Of a DNA stretch of 64,000 nucleotides, positions 18,355 to 27,546 are shown piece after piece. The notes beneath the pieces are model-generated. The model did no database searches. It was not told where the DNA came from and worked only from the letters and a program-made list of their open reading frames with translations. This DNA is from Myxococcota bacterium (GTDB lineage: Bacteria; Myxococcota_A; UBA9160; UBA6930), in NCBI GenBank assembly GCA_965223705.1, contig OZ245015.1, forward strand, positions 3,808,001 to 3,872,000, written 5' to 3'. The first letter of the stretch is position 1, and each line of letters opens with the position of its first letter. Made by a program: the position numbers and the translations under genes.

Positions 18355-21021
18355 ATGGACGCGACGCGACTCATGCACGACCCGACCCGAATCGGGCCCA
18401 GGCTCCTCTTGGTTCTCGCCCTGGCCCTCCTTTTCCCAGGCGCTGCGCCGGCCGGCGCGGACGAGCGCTTTCCGAAACCGGAAAGCGTCGCGAAACGCGT
18501 CGAGTTCTGGAAACGCGTCTACTCCGAAGCCGAAACGAATTCCGGCTATCTCCACGACGCGAAAGATCTCAGCATCGTGTACGAGAAAATTCACGTCGGC
18601 AAGGTTTCGCCGCGTGTCCGCGAGCGCAAAGTCAAGCCCGCACGCTCGCGTTACAAGAAGATCCTCACGAAGCTCGGGAAGGGCGTGCGAACCGGCCTTT
18701 CGAAAGAAGAACAGCGCGTATTGGATTTGTTTCCGCCGGGTACGTCCAACGCGACGTTCCGTGCTTCCGCGCAGCGCGTTCGCTTTCAGCTCGGTCAAGC
18801 GGACCGGTTCCGCGAAGGCCTGGTGCGTATGGGACGGTGGGAACCGTACATTCGCGATGTCCTTCGCGAACACAACTTGCCCGAGGAGTTGATCGCGATT
18901 CCCCACGTGGAATCGTCGTACAACCCGAACGCATTGTCCCACGCCGGCGCGTCGGGGATCTGGCAGTTCACGCGCAGTACCGGCCGACAGTTCATGCGCG
19001 TGAACCACTACATCGACGAACGCCGCGATCCGTTTCTCGCGACCGTCGCCGCCGCGCGCCTGTTGAAACGCAACTACGAGATCACGAAGAGCTGGCCGCT
19101 CGCGATCACTGCTTACAACCACGGAGCGGCGGGCATGCGCCGCGCCGCGAAACGCTTGGGCACCCGGAACATCGGAACGATCACCGAGAAGTACACGAGT
19201 CGAACGTTCGGCTTCGCTTCGCGCAACTTCTACGCGTCCTTCCTCGCGGCGCTCGAAATCGAGAAGAATCCCGAACGTTATTTTCCGTCGGTTTCGGGCT
19301 CCTCGGCGGAGCCCCGGCAAGTGGTCGCGCTCGACGCCTACTACCAGGTGTCTTCGCTCTCCCAGGCGTTGGGAACACCGGTCGACGTCCTGAAGCAACT
19401 GAACCCCGCGCTGCTGAAGCCGATTTGGTCGGGGCAGAAGCACGTGCCGAAGGGGTACCTCCTGCGCGTGCCCACATCGATCGATCCCGCCCCGAAGATC
19501 GCCGCGCTGCCGAGCTCGGTGCGCTACGCGAAGCAAGTTCGCGATCGCTACTACCGCGTGCGTCGGGGCGACACGCTCTCCACCATCGCGCGTCGCTTCG
19601 GCGTGTCCCAGCGGTCGCTGGTTCGCGCGAACTCGCTGCGCAGCAAGCACCGCATCCGCGTGGGGCAGCGGCTGGAAATTCCGGGGCGTGCGGGAGCTCC
19701 CGTCGATGTCCCGGTGCTCGCGAAGGCACCCGGTGCGAAGCTCGCTCAGGTCGGTCCGACGACCTATCGCGTGCGTCGAGGTGACAACCTGGCGATCATC
19801 GCGAAACGCCACGGAGTCACGATCGGCGCGATCCAGCGCGAGAACAAGCTCCGCAATCGAAACCGCATTCACGCCGGACAGGTGCTGCGCATTCCCGGTC
19901 ACACCGCCGCGCCCCGGCCGCAACCGGCGCCGGCGGAACGGCCGGACGTGTACGTCGTCCGCCGCGGCGACAGCTTGCACCACATCGCGCGCCGCTTCGG
20001 CGTGACGATTGCGGAGCTCGTCGAATGGAACGGCATCGGGCGCCGCCGCATCATTCATCCGGGACAACGCTTGAAGCTGCGGCCCGAGGGCAAGTCAGGG
20101 AGCGTCGCGACGGCGGCCGAAGCGACGGCGCAGACGTCCCAACCGGCGGAAACCACCGCTCGAAACGAGGCGGCGACGGCCGAACCGGACGGGGCGGAGG
20201 AAGCCACCTCGGAGGAGCTCACACTCCCTGCGGACCCGTCGATGCCGACCCTCGATACGTCGACGGGCCGCTCCGGAGCGTCGACTCCAACCCTGTCCGG
20301 CGAGCCGGTCACGCCGGCGCCGCGGCCGTCCTGGGGGCAACCCCCGGACTCGGCGCCGACAGCGTTGGGGCAACCCCCGGACTCGGCGCCGACAGCGTTG
20401 GGGCAACCCCCGGACTCGGCGCCGAACGCTGCGACGCGGACGCCCACCGAGCCGCTCCTCGTTGATTCGCCCGAAGCGGTCGACCACGCGTTCGAAGCCG
20501 CGTTTCCAGCTTCCCCGGACCCAGCGCTTTCGGGCGACGCCCCGGCGACGACCCCCCTCCTCTCAATCACCGAGAGCGGGACGCTGCCGCGCGACCGCGG
20601 TCGCTACCGCGTTCTCGATGGGCACGTGCGCGTGCAACCCGAGGAGACCCTCGGGCATTACGCGGACTGGCTCGGGGTCTCCGCGACCCGACTGCGCCGC
20701 TTGAACGGGATGCCTCCCGGTCGCACGCTGCAGCTCGGACAAAGCGTGCGCCTCGATCTCTCGAGAGTCGACGCGAACGCCTTCGAAGCGCGGCGCCTCG
20801 CCCACCACCGGGCGCTGCAAGAAGCTTTCTTCTCGGCGTTCACGGTTTCGGGAACCGAGGTCCGGGTGCTGAAAAAGGGCGAAACCCTGTGGCAGATCTC
20901 GCGTCAGGGCGGCGGTATTCCCGTCTGGCTCCTGCAGGCGCACAACCCGCAAGTCGACCTCGGGTCGCTTCGCGCGGGTGAGCGGCTCCACATCCCGCGC
21001 GTGGCTCCCGCGGGCTCCTAG
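18355..21021 (+). CDS. mltD: membrane-bound lytic murein transglycosylase D-like (SLT domain plus multiple LysM)
   Basis: Signal peptide; HVESSY, AGASGIWQF, AITAYNHG SLT motifs; about 5 LysM repeats (YRVRRGDTL etc.). Confidence 0.88.
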   Translation: MDATRLMHDPTRIGPRLLLVLALALLFPGAAPAGADERFPKPESVAKRVEFWKRVYSEAETNSGYLHDAKDLSIVYEKIHVGKVSPRVRERKVKPARSRYKKILTKLGKGVRTGLSKEEQRVLDLFPPGTSNATFRASAQRVRFQLGQADRFREGLVRMGRWEPYIRDVLREHNLPEELIAIPHVESSYNPNALSHAGASGIWQFTRSTGRQFMRVNHYIDERRDPFLATVAAARLLKRNYEITKSWPLAITAYNHGAAGMRRAAKRLGTRNIGTITEKYTSRTFGFASRNFYASFLAALEIEKNPERYFPSVSGSSAEPRQVVALDAYYQVSSLSQALGTPVDVLKQLNPALLKPIWSGQKHVPKGYLLRVPTSIDPAPKIAALPSSVRYAKQVRDRYYRVRRGDTLSTIARRFGVSQRSLVRANSLRSKHRIRVGQRLEIPGRAGAPVDVPVLAKAPGAKLAQVGPTTYRVRRGDNLAIIAKRHGVTIGAIQRENKLRNRNRIHAGQVLRIPGHTAAPRPQPAPAERPDVYVVRRGDSLHHIARRFGVTIAELVEWNGIGRRRIIHPGQRLKLRPEGKSGSVATAAEATAQTSQPAETTARNEAATAEPDGAEEATSEELTLPADPSMPTLDTSTGRSGASTPTLSGEPVTPAPRPSWGQPPDSAPTALGQPPDSAPTALGQPPDSAPNAATRTPTEPLLVDSPEAVDHAFEAAFPASPDPALSGDAPATTPLLSITESGTLPRDRGRYRVLDGHVRVQPEETLGHYADWLGVSATRLRRLNGMPPGRTLQLGQSVRLDLSRVDANAFEARRLAHHRALQEAFFSAFTVSGTEVRVLKKGETLWQISRQGGGIPVWLLQAHNPQVDLGSLRAGERLHIPRVAPAGS
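20334..20425 (+). repeat. 33-bp tandem repeat (about 2.8 copies) encoding GQPPDSAPTAL
   Basis: Unit gggcaacccccggactcggcgccgacagcgttg at 20335, 20368 and partial at 20401. Confidence 0.95.
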
Positions 21022-21029
21022 GCGCCCCC

Positions 21030-21707
21030 TCAAATAACCTGAAAGATCGTTTCGTCGGGCAGACGGATCGCCGTGAGCGGCCCTCCGTAGACGGCTCCGG
21101 TGTCGATTCCGAGGCTCCACGGCTCGTTCCAGCGAACCGCGAAATCGGCTCGAGGCGTGTGTCCGTACACGACGGTGACACCCAAGGTGTGAGTCAGCTC
21201 CGTCGTACTCCGATTCCACAGGAGGTCTTCGGGTCGCGCTTTGCGCATCGCGAACAGCAGGTCGCCCGATTCGAGCTCGCGTCGACCCAGGCCCGCGTGG
21301 ACGAACAAGTAGTCCCCGTCTTGATGGTGTAGGACCAGACTCTCAAAAAAGCGGCGGTGATCATCGGGGAGCTCGAACGCCTGATCTTCGCGCTTGCAAT
21401 CGAAGAAGCCGTAGCTCGCGAGGGTTCGATCCCCGCCGTTCATCAAGAACGCGTCGCCTCCGAAATACGCTTCGTTCTTCCAGCCGAGGAAGTCGAGAAA
21501 CATCGATTCGTGGTTGCCGAGTAGGAACACGCACGGGTAGCAATCGGCGAGAGCGACGAGGCGGGACACCACCCCGCATGAGTCGGGGCCGCGGTCGACA
21601 TAGTCGCCGAGGAAGACCAGACGGTCTCCCGGCCCGAGCGGGAGCTTGTCGAGCAGCGCGTCGAGTTTGTCGAGCTCGCCGTGAATATCACCGATGGCGT
21701 AGAGCAT
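21030..21707 (-). CDS. PPP-family metallophosphoesterase (Ser/Thr protein phosphatase-like)
   Basis: GDIHG, GDYVDRG, GNHE, VHAG, YGHT, IDTG motifs. Confidence 0.93.
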   Translation of the reverse strand: MLYAIGDIHGELDKLDALLDKLPLGPGDRLVFLGDYVDRGPDSCGVVSRLVALADCYPCVFLLGNHESMFLDFLGWKNEAYFGGDAFLMNGGDRTLASYGFFDCKREDQAFELPDDHRRFFESLVLHHQDGDYLFVHAGLGRRELESGDLLFAMRKARPEDLLWNRSTTELTHTLGVTVVYGHTPRADFAVRWNEPWSLGIDTGAVYGGPLTAIRLPDETIFQVI

Positions 21708-22794
21708 CTCCAGAACGGTTTTTCGTCTGGTGGAAAGCACTACTTGACCGTCTCGAGCCCTCGCTGCGAAGGGCGAGCTGACCGCACGCGGCGCCGATCT
21801 CAGATCCCCGGCTTCGCCGCAGCGTTATGGGGATTCCACCCCGCGACACCACGCCCATGAACGCATCGACGGTCGCTTCGTCGGGTGCTCGATAGGGCGA
21901 GCCCGGATGGGGGTTTACGGGAATGAGGTTCAACTTGGAAGGAACGCGCCGGAGCCAGGGCAGGAGCCGCCTGGCATCTTCGGGGGCGTCGTTCACCCCG
22001 GCGAGCAGCGTGTACTCGAAGAACACGGGATGTCGGCGCGACAGCCGCGGCAGTGCCTCGAGCGCCTCAAAGAGCGTCTCCAGCGGAAAACGCCGGTTCA
22101 GCGGGACCAGGTCGTCGCGCACCGCGTCGGTCGCAGCGTGGAGGGAAACGGCGAGGTTGATCGGTACGCGCTCGACCAGTTCGCGGATCCGCGGAACGAG
22201 ACCTGCCGTCGACACCGTGACGCGCCGAGGCGCGAGACCGACGCCCTTGGGGTCGATCAACGTACCGACGGCCCGAACCACCGCCGGCAGGTTCAGAAGC
22301 GGCTCGCCCATCCCCATGAAAACGACGTTGGTAATGGGTCGCCGCTCCGGTGCGAACCGCCGCATGACGCAAAACTGATCGACGATCTCTGCCGCTTTCA
22401 GGTTGCGCCGGAACCCGAGCTCGCCCGTCGCGCAGAACGAGCACGCGAGCGCGCAACCGACCTGACTTGAAACGCAAAGCGTGAGGCGTTCGTCTTCGGG
22501 GATGAGCACCGACTCGATCCGTTGCCCGTCGTCGGCGGTGAGGATCGCTTTCACCGTTCCGTCGTGCGCGCGGTCGACGCGCTCGACGTCGAGAGCCGCC
22601 ATCCGGTAGTTCTCGGTGAGCCACGATCGCGTGGCGCGATCGAGGTCGGTCATAGCCGAGGGATCCTCGACGCCGCGACCGTAGACCCACGCCGAGACTT
22701 GATCCGCCCGGTAGGCCGGGAGCCCCTGCGCCGCGAATCGATCGCGTAGCGAATCGCGATCGAAGTCCTTCAGGTACGGAGGCGCCTCGTTCAC
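21688..22794 (-). CDS. rlmN: dual-specificity RNA methyltransferase RlmN (radical SAM)
   Basis: CVSSQVGCALACSFC, VFMGMGEP, AACGQL. Confidence 0.95.
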   Translation of the reverse strand: MNEAPPYLKDFDRDSLRDRFAAQGLPAYRADQVSAWVYGRGVEDPSAMTDLDRATRSWLTENYRMAALDVERVDRAHDGTVKAILTADDGQRIESVLIPEDERLTLCVSSQVGCALACSFCATGELGFRRNLKAAEIVDQFCVMRRFAPERRPITNVVFMGMGEPLLNLPAVVRAVGTLIDPKGVGLAPRRVTVSTAGLVPRIRELVERVPINLAVSLHAATDAVRDDLVPLNRRFPLETLFEALEALPRLSRRHPVFFEYTLLAGVNDAPEDARRLLPWLRRVPSKLNLIPVNPHPGSPYRAPDEATVDAFMGVVSRGGIPITLRRSRGSEIGAACGQLALRSEGSRRSSSAFHQTKNRSGDALRHR

Positions 22795-23435
22795 CGGCCC
22801 GTCTTCCGGTAGCGCCAGAAGTGGAGCGCTCGGTCCTCTTCGCGCCACATGAGTTCATAGGCCGTCGGCAGCCGCCCCGGCATCTCCCGCACGAAACGGT
22901 CGGGAGCGAGCGCGTTTTCGAGGCCGGGCACCGCCGCGAGCCGCTCATCGATCCACTCCGCATAGCCGATGTGATCCGTCGCGATTTCCAAGTGCCCGCC
23001 GACACGCAGGCGGCGGCACAAGAGCTCCATGAACGGGCGCGTCAACATACGGCGCCGATGGTGACGGGTCTTGGGCCAGGGATCCGGAAAGTTGATCCAG
23101 AACGTCGTGACACTCTCGTCTTCGAGCGCGTCCCGAACCACCGCTTCACCCGTTCCGTGAACGAATCGCAGGTTGCGCAGTTCGCTCCGCGCGGTTCGCC
23201 GGGCCATTTTCAGCACGCGCTTGTACAACAGCTCGACTCCGACGTGAGCGGTTCGAGGTGCAGATTCCGCCAAGTGAGCGAGAAACTCCCCGCGGCCAAA
23301 GCCCAGCTCGACGACGAGCTCGAGCGGCGCAGGCGCGTCGTCTCCAAACACCGCCGGCCAACCTTTCTCGCGGACTTCCTCGATCGGGACACGGAGGTCC
23401 GGGCCCGGCATATCGAGCTTCATCTTGCGCGCCAT
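22791..23435 (-). CDS. trmB: tRNA (guanine-N7)-methyltransferase
   Basis: ELGFGRG, NFPDPWPKTRHHRRR, ATD, TAYE. Confidence 0.93.
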   Translation of the reverse strand: MARKMKLDMPGPDLRVPIEEVREKGWPAVFGDDAPAPLELVVELGFGRGEFLAHLAESAPRTAHVGVELLYKRVLKMARRTARSELRNLRFVHGTGEAVVRDALEDESVTTFWINFPDPWPKTRHHRRRMLTRPFMELLCRRLRVGGHLEIATDHIGYAEWIDERLAAVPGLENALAPDRFVREMPGRLPTAYELMWREEDRALHFWRYRKTGR

Positions 23436-23467
23436 GGGGGAGAGAGTAGTCGACCGCGGTGGCGGCC

Positions 23468-24286
23468 TCAGTTCACCGCTTGCGGTTCTCCCGGTGTCGT
23501 CTGCCCGGTCAGGAGCAGCACCCGCCGCTTCACGATCTCGAAACGCCCGTTGTCGCTCTTGCGCAGGCTCCCGGGAAGCGAGCGTTGCTTGATCAGCGCG
23601 CTCGTGGCGGCGATGCGATTGCCCGTCGTCGGATGGCTCGACAGAAACTCAGGAGGTCTCGAGCCCCCCTTCCCCTCGAGCTTGCGAAAGAACGTCACCA
23701 ACCCGGTCGGGTCATATCCCGCGGCGATCAGCGCATCGACGGCGAATGCGTCGGCTTCTGCCTCAGCCTCTCGGCCGAACTTGTTGATGTAGCTCATCTC
23801 GGCAATCGTGCCGGCGACATGCGTCGCCTGGGCCACGCCGCCTCCGCCGAGAACCCCTGCCAGGATCACCGCGGCGTTCTTTCCGAGGTTCGCCGGTCGG
23901 CGCCGCGCGTAGTTTTCCGCGACATGGCGCTCGGCGACGTGGCCGATCTCGTGCGCGATGACTCCCGCCAGCTCTGACACATTGTCGGCCGTCGTGATCA
24001 CCCCGGAGTTGACGAAGATCTTCCCGCCAGGACCCGCCATGGCGTTGATCCCTTCGTTTTCGATCACCTGGAACTCGTAGTCGAAGGTCTGGGGGCCGAT
24101 GCTCCGAAGGATTTCCCGCCCGATCCGATCGACGTAGTCGACGACCGTTCGGTCACGCATGAGTACGACCTGAGTTTTGATCTGCCGCTCGAACTGGTCC
24201 GCCGCGGCGCGTTCGTCCTCCACGGTCATGGTCGCGCAGCCGAGAGCGAGCACGGTGGCGCCGAGGGCGAGAAACCTACGAAGCAT
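23468..24286 (-). CDS. M48 family zinc metalloprotease lipoprotein (BepA/YfgC-like)
   Basis: Lipobox LALGC; INAMAGPGG, HEIGH, EAEADA, FLSSHP. Confidence 0.9.
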   Translation of the reverse strand: MLRRFLALGATVLALGCATMTVEDERAAADQFERQIKTQVVLMRDRTVVDYVDRIGREILRSIGPQTFDYEFQVIENEGINAMAGPGGKIFVNSGVITTADNVSELAGVIAHEIGHVAERHVAENYARRRPANLGKNAAVILAGVLGGGGVAQATHVAGTIAEMSYINKFGREAEAEADAFAVDALIAAGYDPTGLVTFFRKLEGKGGSRPPEFLSSHPTTGNRIAATSALIKQRSLPGSLRKSDNGRFEIVKRRVLLLTGQTTPGEPQAVN

Positions 24287-25445
24287 GGTCTTGACTTCTC
24301 TCCCGAAGGCTCTCGGTGACGCTGCGGATGATCGAAACAACGGAACGCTCGAATGAGTCATTTTCGACGATGGGCACCTGGTGCATTTCGGATAGTTCGA
24401 GCAAGTAGTCCTGAATACGCAAGATCGCGTCGAGGTTTTCGAGATAGCGATGCTGCGGACGATCCTTCGCGGATTCTCCACGCGTCGCGAACCGGCTCTT
24501 GAAAGCCTCGGAATCGAAGCTCGCGATCATCAGGAAGATAATTTCTGCGCGGTCTTTGTAGGGCGCCAAATCGAGCGCGCCCGGGACGAGCGATACACCG
24601 TCGAGAATCAGGTTCTCGTTCTCGGCAATCGCTCGATCCATCATGGCCTGTACGCCCACCGCCACCGAAGCGGCCTGAGAGCGGAACCCGTCGATAATCG
24701 CATCGTCCACGGGAATGTCGGGCAATGCCCGGTGGGCGTCGTACGAAGAGCGGTGTAGCGCCGGCATGAGTTCTGGCGACAACATGATCCTCATGACCTG
24801 TCGGATCGAGTCGGTCGAAATCACCCGAGACACCCCCAGGCGATACGCGACCTCACGAGCTAGAGACGTCTTGCCAGCTCCCGCGGTTCCACCGATGAGC
24901 AAGATGACCGGACGGACCGGATCATCCTGATAGCGGCGCCAGGCTCGGTAGCGCTCGGCGGCTCTCTCCCCGACCCGCTCGCAGAGCGACCGAAACGCCA
25001 GATCGCGCAGCTCTTTGCGATGCACTTCGGAAACACCTTGGGCCGTCAAACGACCTTCGATCTCTCGTGCGACCTCAAAAGCGTCGGTCGGGTCGATCGC
25101 AGCAGCCTGGAGAGACTGCGAAAGGAAGCCCTTCGAAAAAGGCATGCCGGAACCGCTCCCCACCACGCGGATCTGGGCGGCCGGAATCACGAAATCGACC
25201 GAGGCTACGTCCGCCACCAGGCGGGCGAGTTCCTCGCGCGTCACCTCATTCTGACCGCGAATCTTGTCTCGGACGCGATTCGCGACTTTCACGGCCTCGT
25301 CGAACGCCAAGCCCTTGCCGGTGAGCGAGTGAACCATGATGCCGCGCATAAACGGGCGCTCGCCGTGCGCGTCCGTGACGTACACGCGACCCGACCGTCG
25401 TCCGATCGCCGTTTCTTCGCGATCTGCGCGCTTTTGACCGCTCAC
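24276..25445 (-). CDS. 2-phosphoglycerate kinase family P-loop kinase with two ATP-cone-like domains
   Basis: PFMRGIMVHSL and PFSKGFLSQSL repeats; LIGGTAGAGKT, VISTDSIRQVMR, LHRSSY, IRIQDYL-like C terminus. Confidence 0.8.
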   Translation of the reverse strand: MSGQKRADREETAIGRRSGRVYVTDAHGERPFMRGIMVHSLTGKGLAFDEAVKVANRVRDKIRGQNEVTREELARLVADVASVDFVIPAAQIRVVGSGSGMPFSKGFLSQSLQAAAIDPTDAFEVAREIEGRLTAQGVSEVHRKELRDLAFRSLCERVGERAAERYRAWRRYQDDPVRPVILLIGGTAGAGKTSLAREVAYRLGVSRVISTDSIRQVMRIMLSPELMPALHRSSYDAHRALPDIPVDDAIIDGFRSQAASVAVGVQAMMDRAIAENENLILDGVSLVPGALDLAPYKDRAEIIFLMIASFDSEAFKSRFATRGESAKDRPQHRYLENLDAILRIQDYLLELSEMHQVPIVENDSFERSVVSIIRSVTESLRERSQDHAS

Positions 25446-25567
25446 CCGTCGAAACTACCCCAGGGTTCCCGCGAACGCCTCTGCCGGAACTCCGATCGGT
25501 GTCGTCTCGTCCGAGCCAAGTCACCGGAAACGCGATTGGTTTTGATACACGCGAGCGTTCGAAGGCG

Positions 25568-25597
25568 TTGACTCGAGCCCGCTGCGAAGTCTAGATT
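25568..25597 (+). promoter_or_regulatory. candidate sigma70 promoter for the ParA-CBM gene
   Basis: TTGACT (25568-25573), 18 nt, TAGATT (25592-25597), about 25 nt before the start. Confidence 0.45.
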
Positions 25598-25620
25598 CTG
25601 CTCCGAGATCGGGGGGTCTC

Positions 25621-26742
25621 TTGGCGACCGCAGAGACGGGCCCGTCGGGCCTGCGCACGATCGCGATCATCAATCAAAAAGGTGGCTGCGGGAAAACCAC
25701 AACCGCGGTCAACTTAGGGGGCGCGCTCGCGCAACTCGGGCGCAAGGTGTTGGTGGTCGACGTCGATCCTCAGGCCCACGCGACGCTCGCCTTGGGAGTC
25801 GATCCCGAAGAGATCGACGCCAATCTCTACGAAGTCCTCATCGACACGGAAGGCGCGGCAGAGCTTCCGGGCATCATTCGCCCGGTCTCCGACGGCCTCG
25901 ATTTGGCGCCCTCGGGCATCGTGATGACGGCGCTCGAGCAACGGCTGACGCTCGATCGGGCGGAAGATCGCTCGCTCAGGCTCGGCGCCGCCCTGGCCAC
26001 GATCGCTCGGCGATACGACATCGCGCTGATCGACTGCGCTCCGAACGTCGGGCTCCTCGCGATCAACGCCTTGCGTGCCGCGCAGGAAGTGATCGTCCCG
26101 GTCGAGCTCAGTTTCTTCGCACTACACGGCGTCGAGAAGCTTCTCGATACCGTGAGCTTGCTGGCGGAGCGAGCCGAACACTCCCTCCGCGTGCGGTTGC
26201 TAGCGACCTTGTTCGACGGTCGGACGCGCTACGCGCGGGAAGCCCTTGCGACGTTGCGCAAACGCTTCGGAGCCCTGTGCTTCGATACCGTGATCCGCCA
26301 AAACGTTCGGCTCCGGCAGGCGGCCGAAAAGGGTCAACCGATCGTCACCTGGTCCCCCCGATCGAACGGCGCGCTCGACTACAATGCGCTCGCGGTCGAA
26401 GTCACCGCCGACGAGATCAGCGAAGACCTGTTCACCGACACCTTCCTCGCCGAGCCGCCTCCTCGCGAGCCCGAACGCACGGTCGAAGTGCACTACCGCG
26501 ACGAGCGCGCGAGCGACGTGCGCATTGCGGGCGATTTCAACGGTTGGGTTCCGGACAAAGACGTCACGAGTCGGGTCCACTCCGAAGCCGGGGAACGCGT
26601 GTGGACCAAAGTGTTGACCCTGGCGCCGGGCACTTATCAGTACCGCTACGTCGTCGACGGGGAGTGGCGCGAAGATCCCGAGAATCCGCGAGGAATTCCC
26701 GGGCGCGTCGGCGGACGGATCTCGTTGCTCGTGGTCTCCTGA
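25621..26742 (+). CDS. ParA/Soj-family ATPase fused to C-terminal glycogen-binding (AMPK-beta/CBM48-like) domain
   Basis: Deviant Walker A QKGGCGKTT, DVDPQ, IDCAP; C-terminal VRIAGDFNGW...W...LAPGTYQYRYVVDGEWREDP. Confidence 0.88.
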   Translation: MATAETGPSGLRTIAIINQKGGCGKTTTAVNLGGALAQLGRKVLVVDVDPQAHATLALGVDPEEIDANLYEVLIDTEGAAELPGIIRPVSDGLDLAPSGIVMTALEQRLTLDRAEDRSLRLGAALATIARRYDIALIDCAPNVGLLAINALRAAQEVIVPVELSFFALHGVEKLLDTVSLLAERAEHSLRVRLLATLFDGRTRYAREALATLRKRFGALCFDTVIRQNVRLRQAAEKGQPIVTWSPRSNGALDYNALAVEVTADEISEDLFTDTFLAEPPPREPERTVEVHYRDERASDVRIAGDFNGWVPDKDVTSRVHSEAGERVWTKVLTLAPGTYQYRYVVDGEWREDPENPRGIPGRVGGRISLLVVS

Positions 26743-26767
26743 GGTCGAACCTCTCGGGTCGGGAACG

Positions 26768-27388
26768 ATGGCCAAGAAACTCGACGACGTCTTTGACCTC
26801 TTCGTCCCCGACACGGCTCGGGCGCGACCCGACACGCGAGACCCCTTAGCCATCGCTACCGCGGTTTCAGCGGGTGACCTCACCTGCGCAAACCTCAGCT
26901 GGAACACGGCCGCCAGCATCGCGCGATCCGGCCACTCCGTGACACTGTTCTGCGACAGCCCGACGACGAGCCCTGTGTGGCCGCGGGAAGAGACGCCGAG
27001 AGGTCTCTGCCTTCGAAGGGCGCCTCGCTCCGACGTGCGTCTCGCCGCCGAGATGGCGAGGGTCGATCGCGCGCAGGTCGTTTTCATCGCGCTTCCCTGG
27101 GCGCGACTCGCCCGCGCCGCTGCAAAGGGGCTGCGCCTTGATCTCTTTCTCCGGTTCGCCTGCGGGAACGCTGCGAAAGATGTCGCTCACACAGAGTGCG
27201 AACTGCCCGGCGTTCGCCAGATTCGGGTCTCGGTGGATCGAAGCGGCGGACGCGACGTCGACGCCATGTTGTGTCTCGACGATCTCTTTCGAGCCGTCGC
27301 CGTTCGCCGCGGCTTACCCGAGAACTGCGTTCTCTCTCGTCAGCTCGATGACCTGACACGCAAGCTCATCGAGAGCGCGCGCCTCTGA
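26768..27388 (+). CDS. hypothetical protein, possibly degenerate ParA/MinD-like
   Basis: ANLSWNTAASIARSGHSVTLFCD resembles the helix-strand after a ParA P-loop but no Walker A is present; follows the ParA gene. Confidence 0.55.
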   Translation: MAKKLDDVFDLFVPDTARARPDTRDPLAIATAVSAGDLTCANLSWNTAASIARSGHSVTLFCDSPTTSPVWPREETPRGLCLRRAPRSDVRLAAEMARVDRAQVVFIALPWARLARAAAKGLRLDLFLRFACGNAAKDVAHTECELPGVRQIRVSVDRSGGRDVDAMLCLDDLFRAVAVRRGLPENCVLSRQLDDLTRKLIESARL

Positions 27389-27546
27389 GTAACGGGCCTC
27401 CTGCGCGAAGCTTGCCGCTTCGCGATCCCTCACTGCGTCCACTCTGCCGCTAAGACGCCCGCAGTGACGCATTTCGACACCCGCGTGCCGCGTTTGGGCA
27501 CTTCCCAAGCATCGGGAGTTTTCCCGTTTTGCCCGGGGAGCCCCTC

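Noticed and set aside
18304..20067. 587-aa minus-strand ORF and similar long ORFs opposite ffh, ftsI, ftsA, ftsZ and murC
   Set aside because: Mirror-frame ORFs expected from GC-biased codon usage; the opposite strand carries clear family motifs.
20334..20425. Possible CRISPR array
   Set aside because: Head-to-tail repeats with no spacers, in frame inside a CDS.
21688..21780. RlmN C-terminal extension overlapping the phosphatase start, suggesting a frameshift
   Set aside because: The catalytic AACGQL motif is intact and the 20-nt overlap is within the normal range for coupled genes.
25621..26742. Chromosomal parAB or plasmid partition locus
   Set aside because: No parB, parS palindrome, replication gene or origin-linked genes nearby.
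27464..27511. Sigma54-like GGCAC-N7-GC element and a GTGACG-N5-CGACAC palindrome upstream of the ECF gene
   Set aside because: The -12 element reads AAGC rather than TTGC and the palindrome is too close for a typical enhancer; too weak to call.
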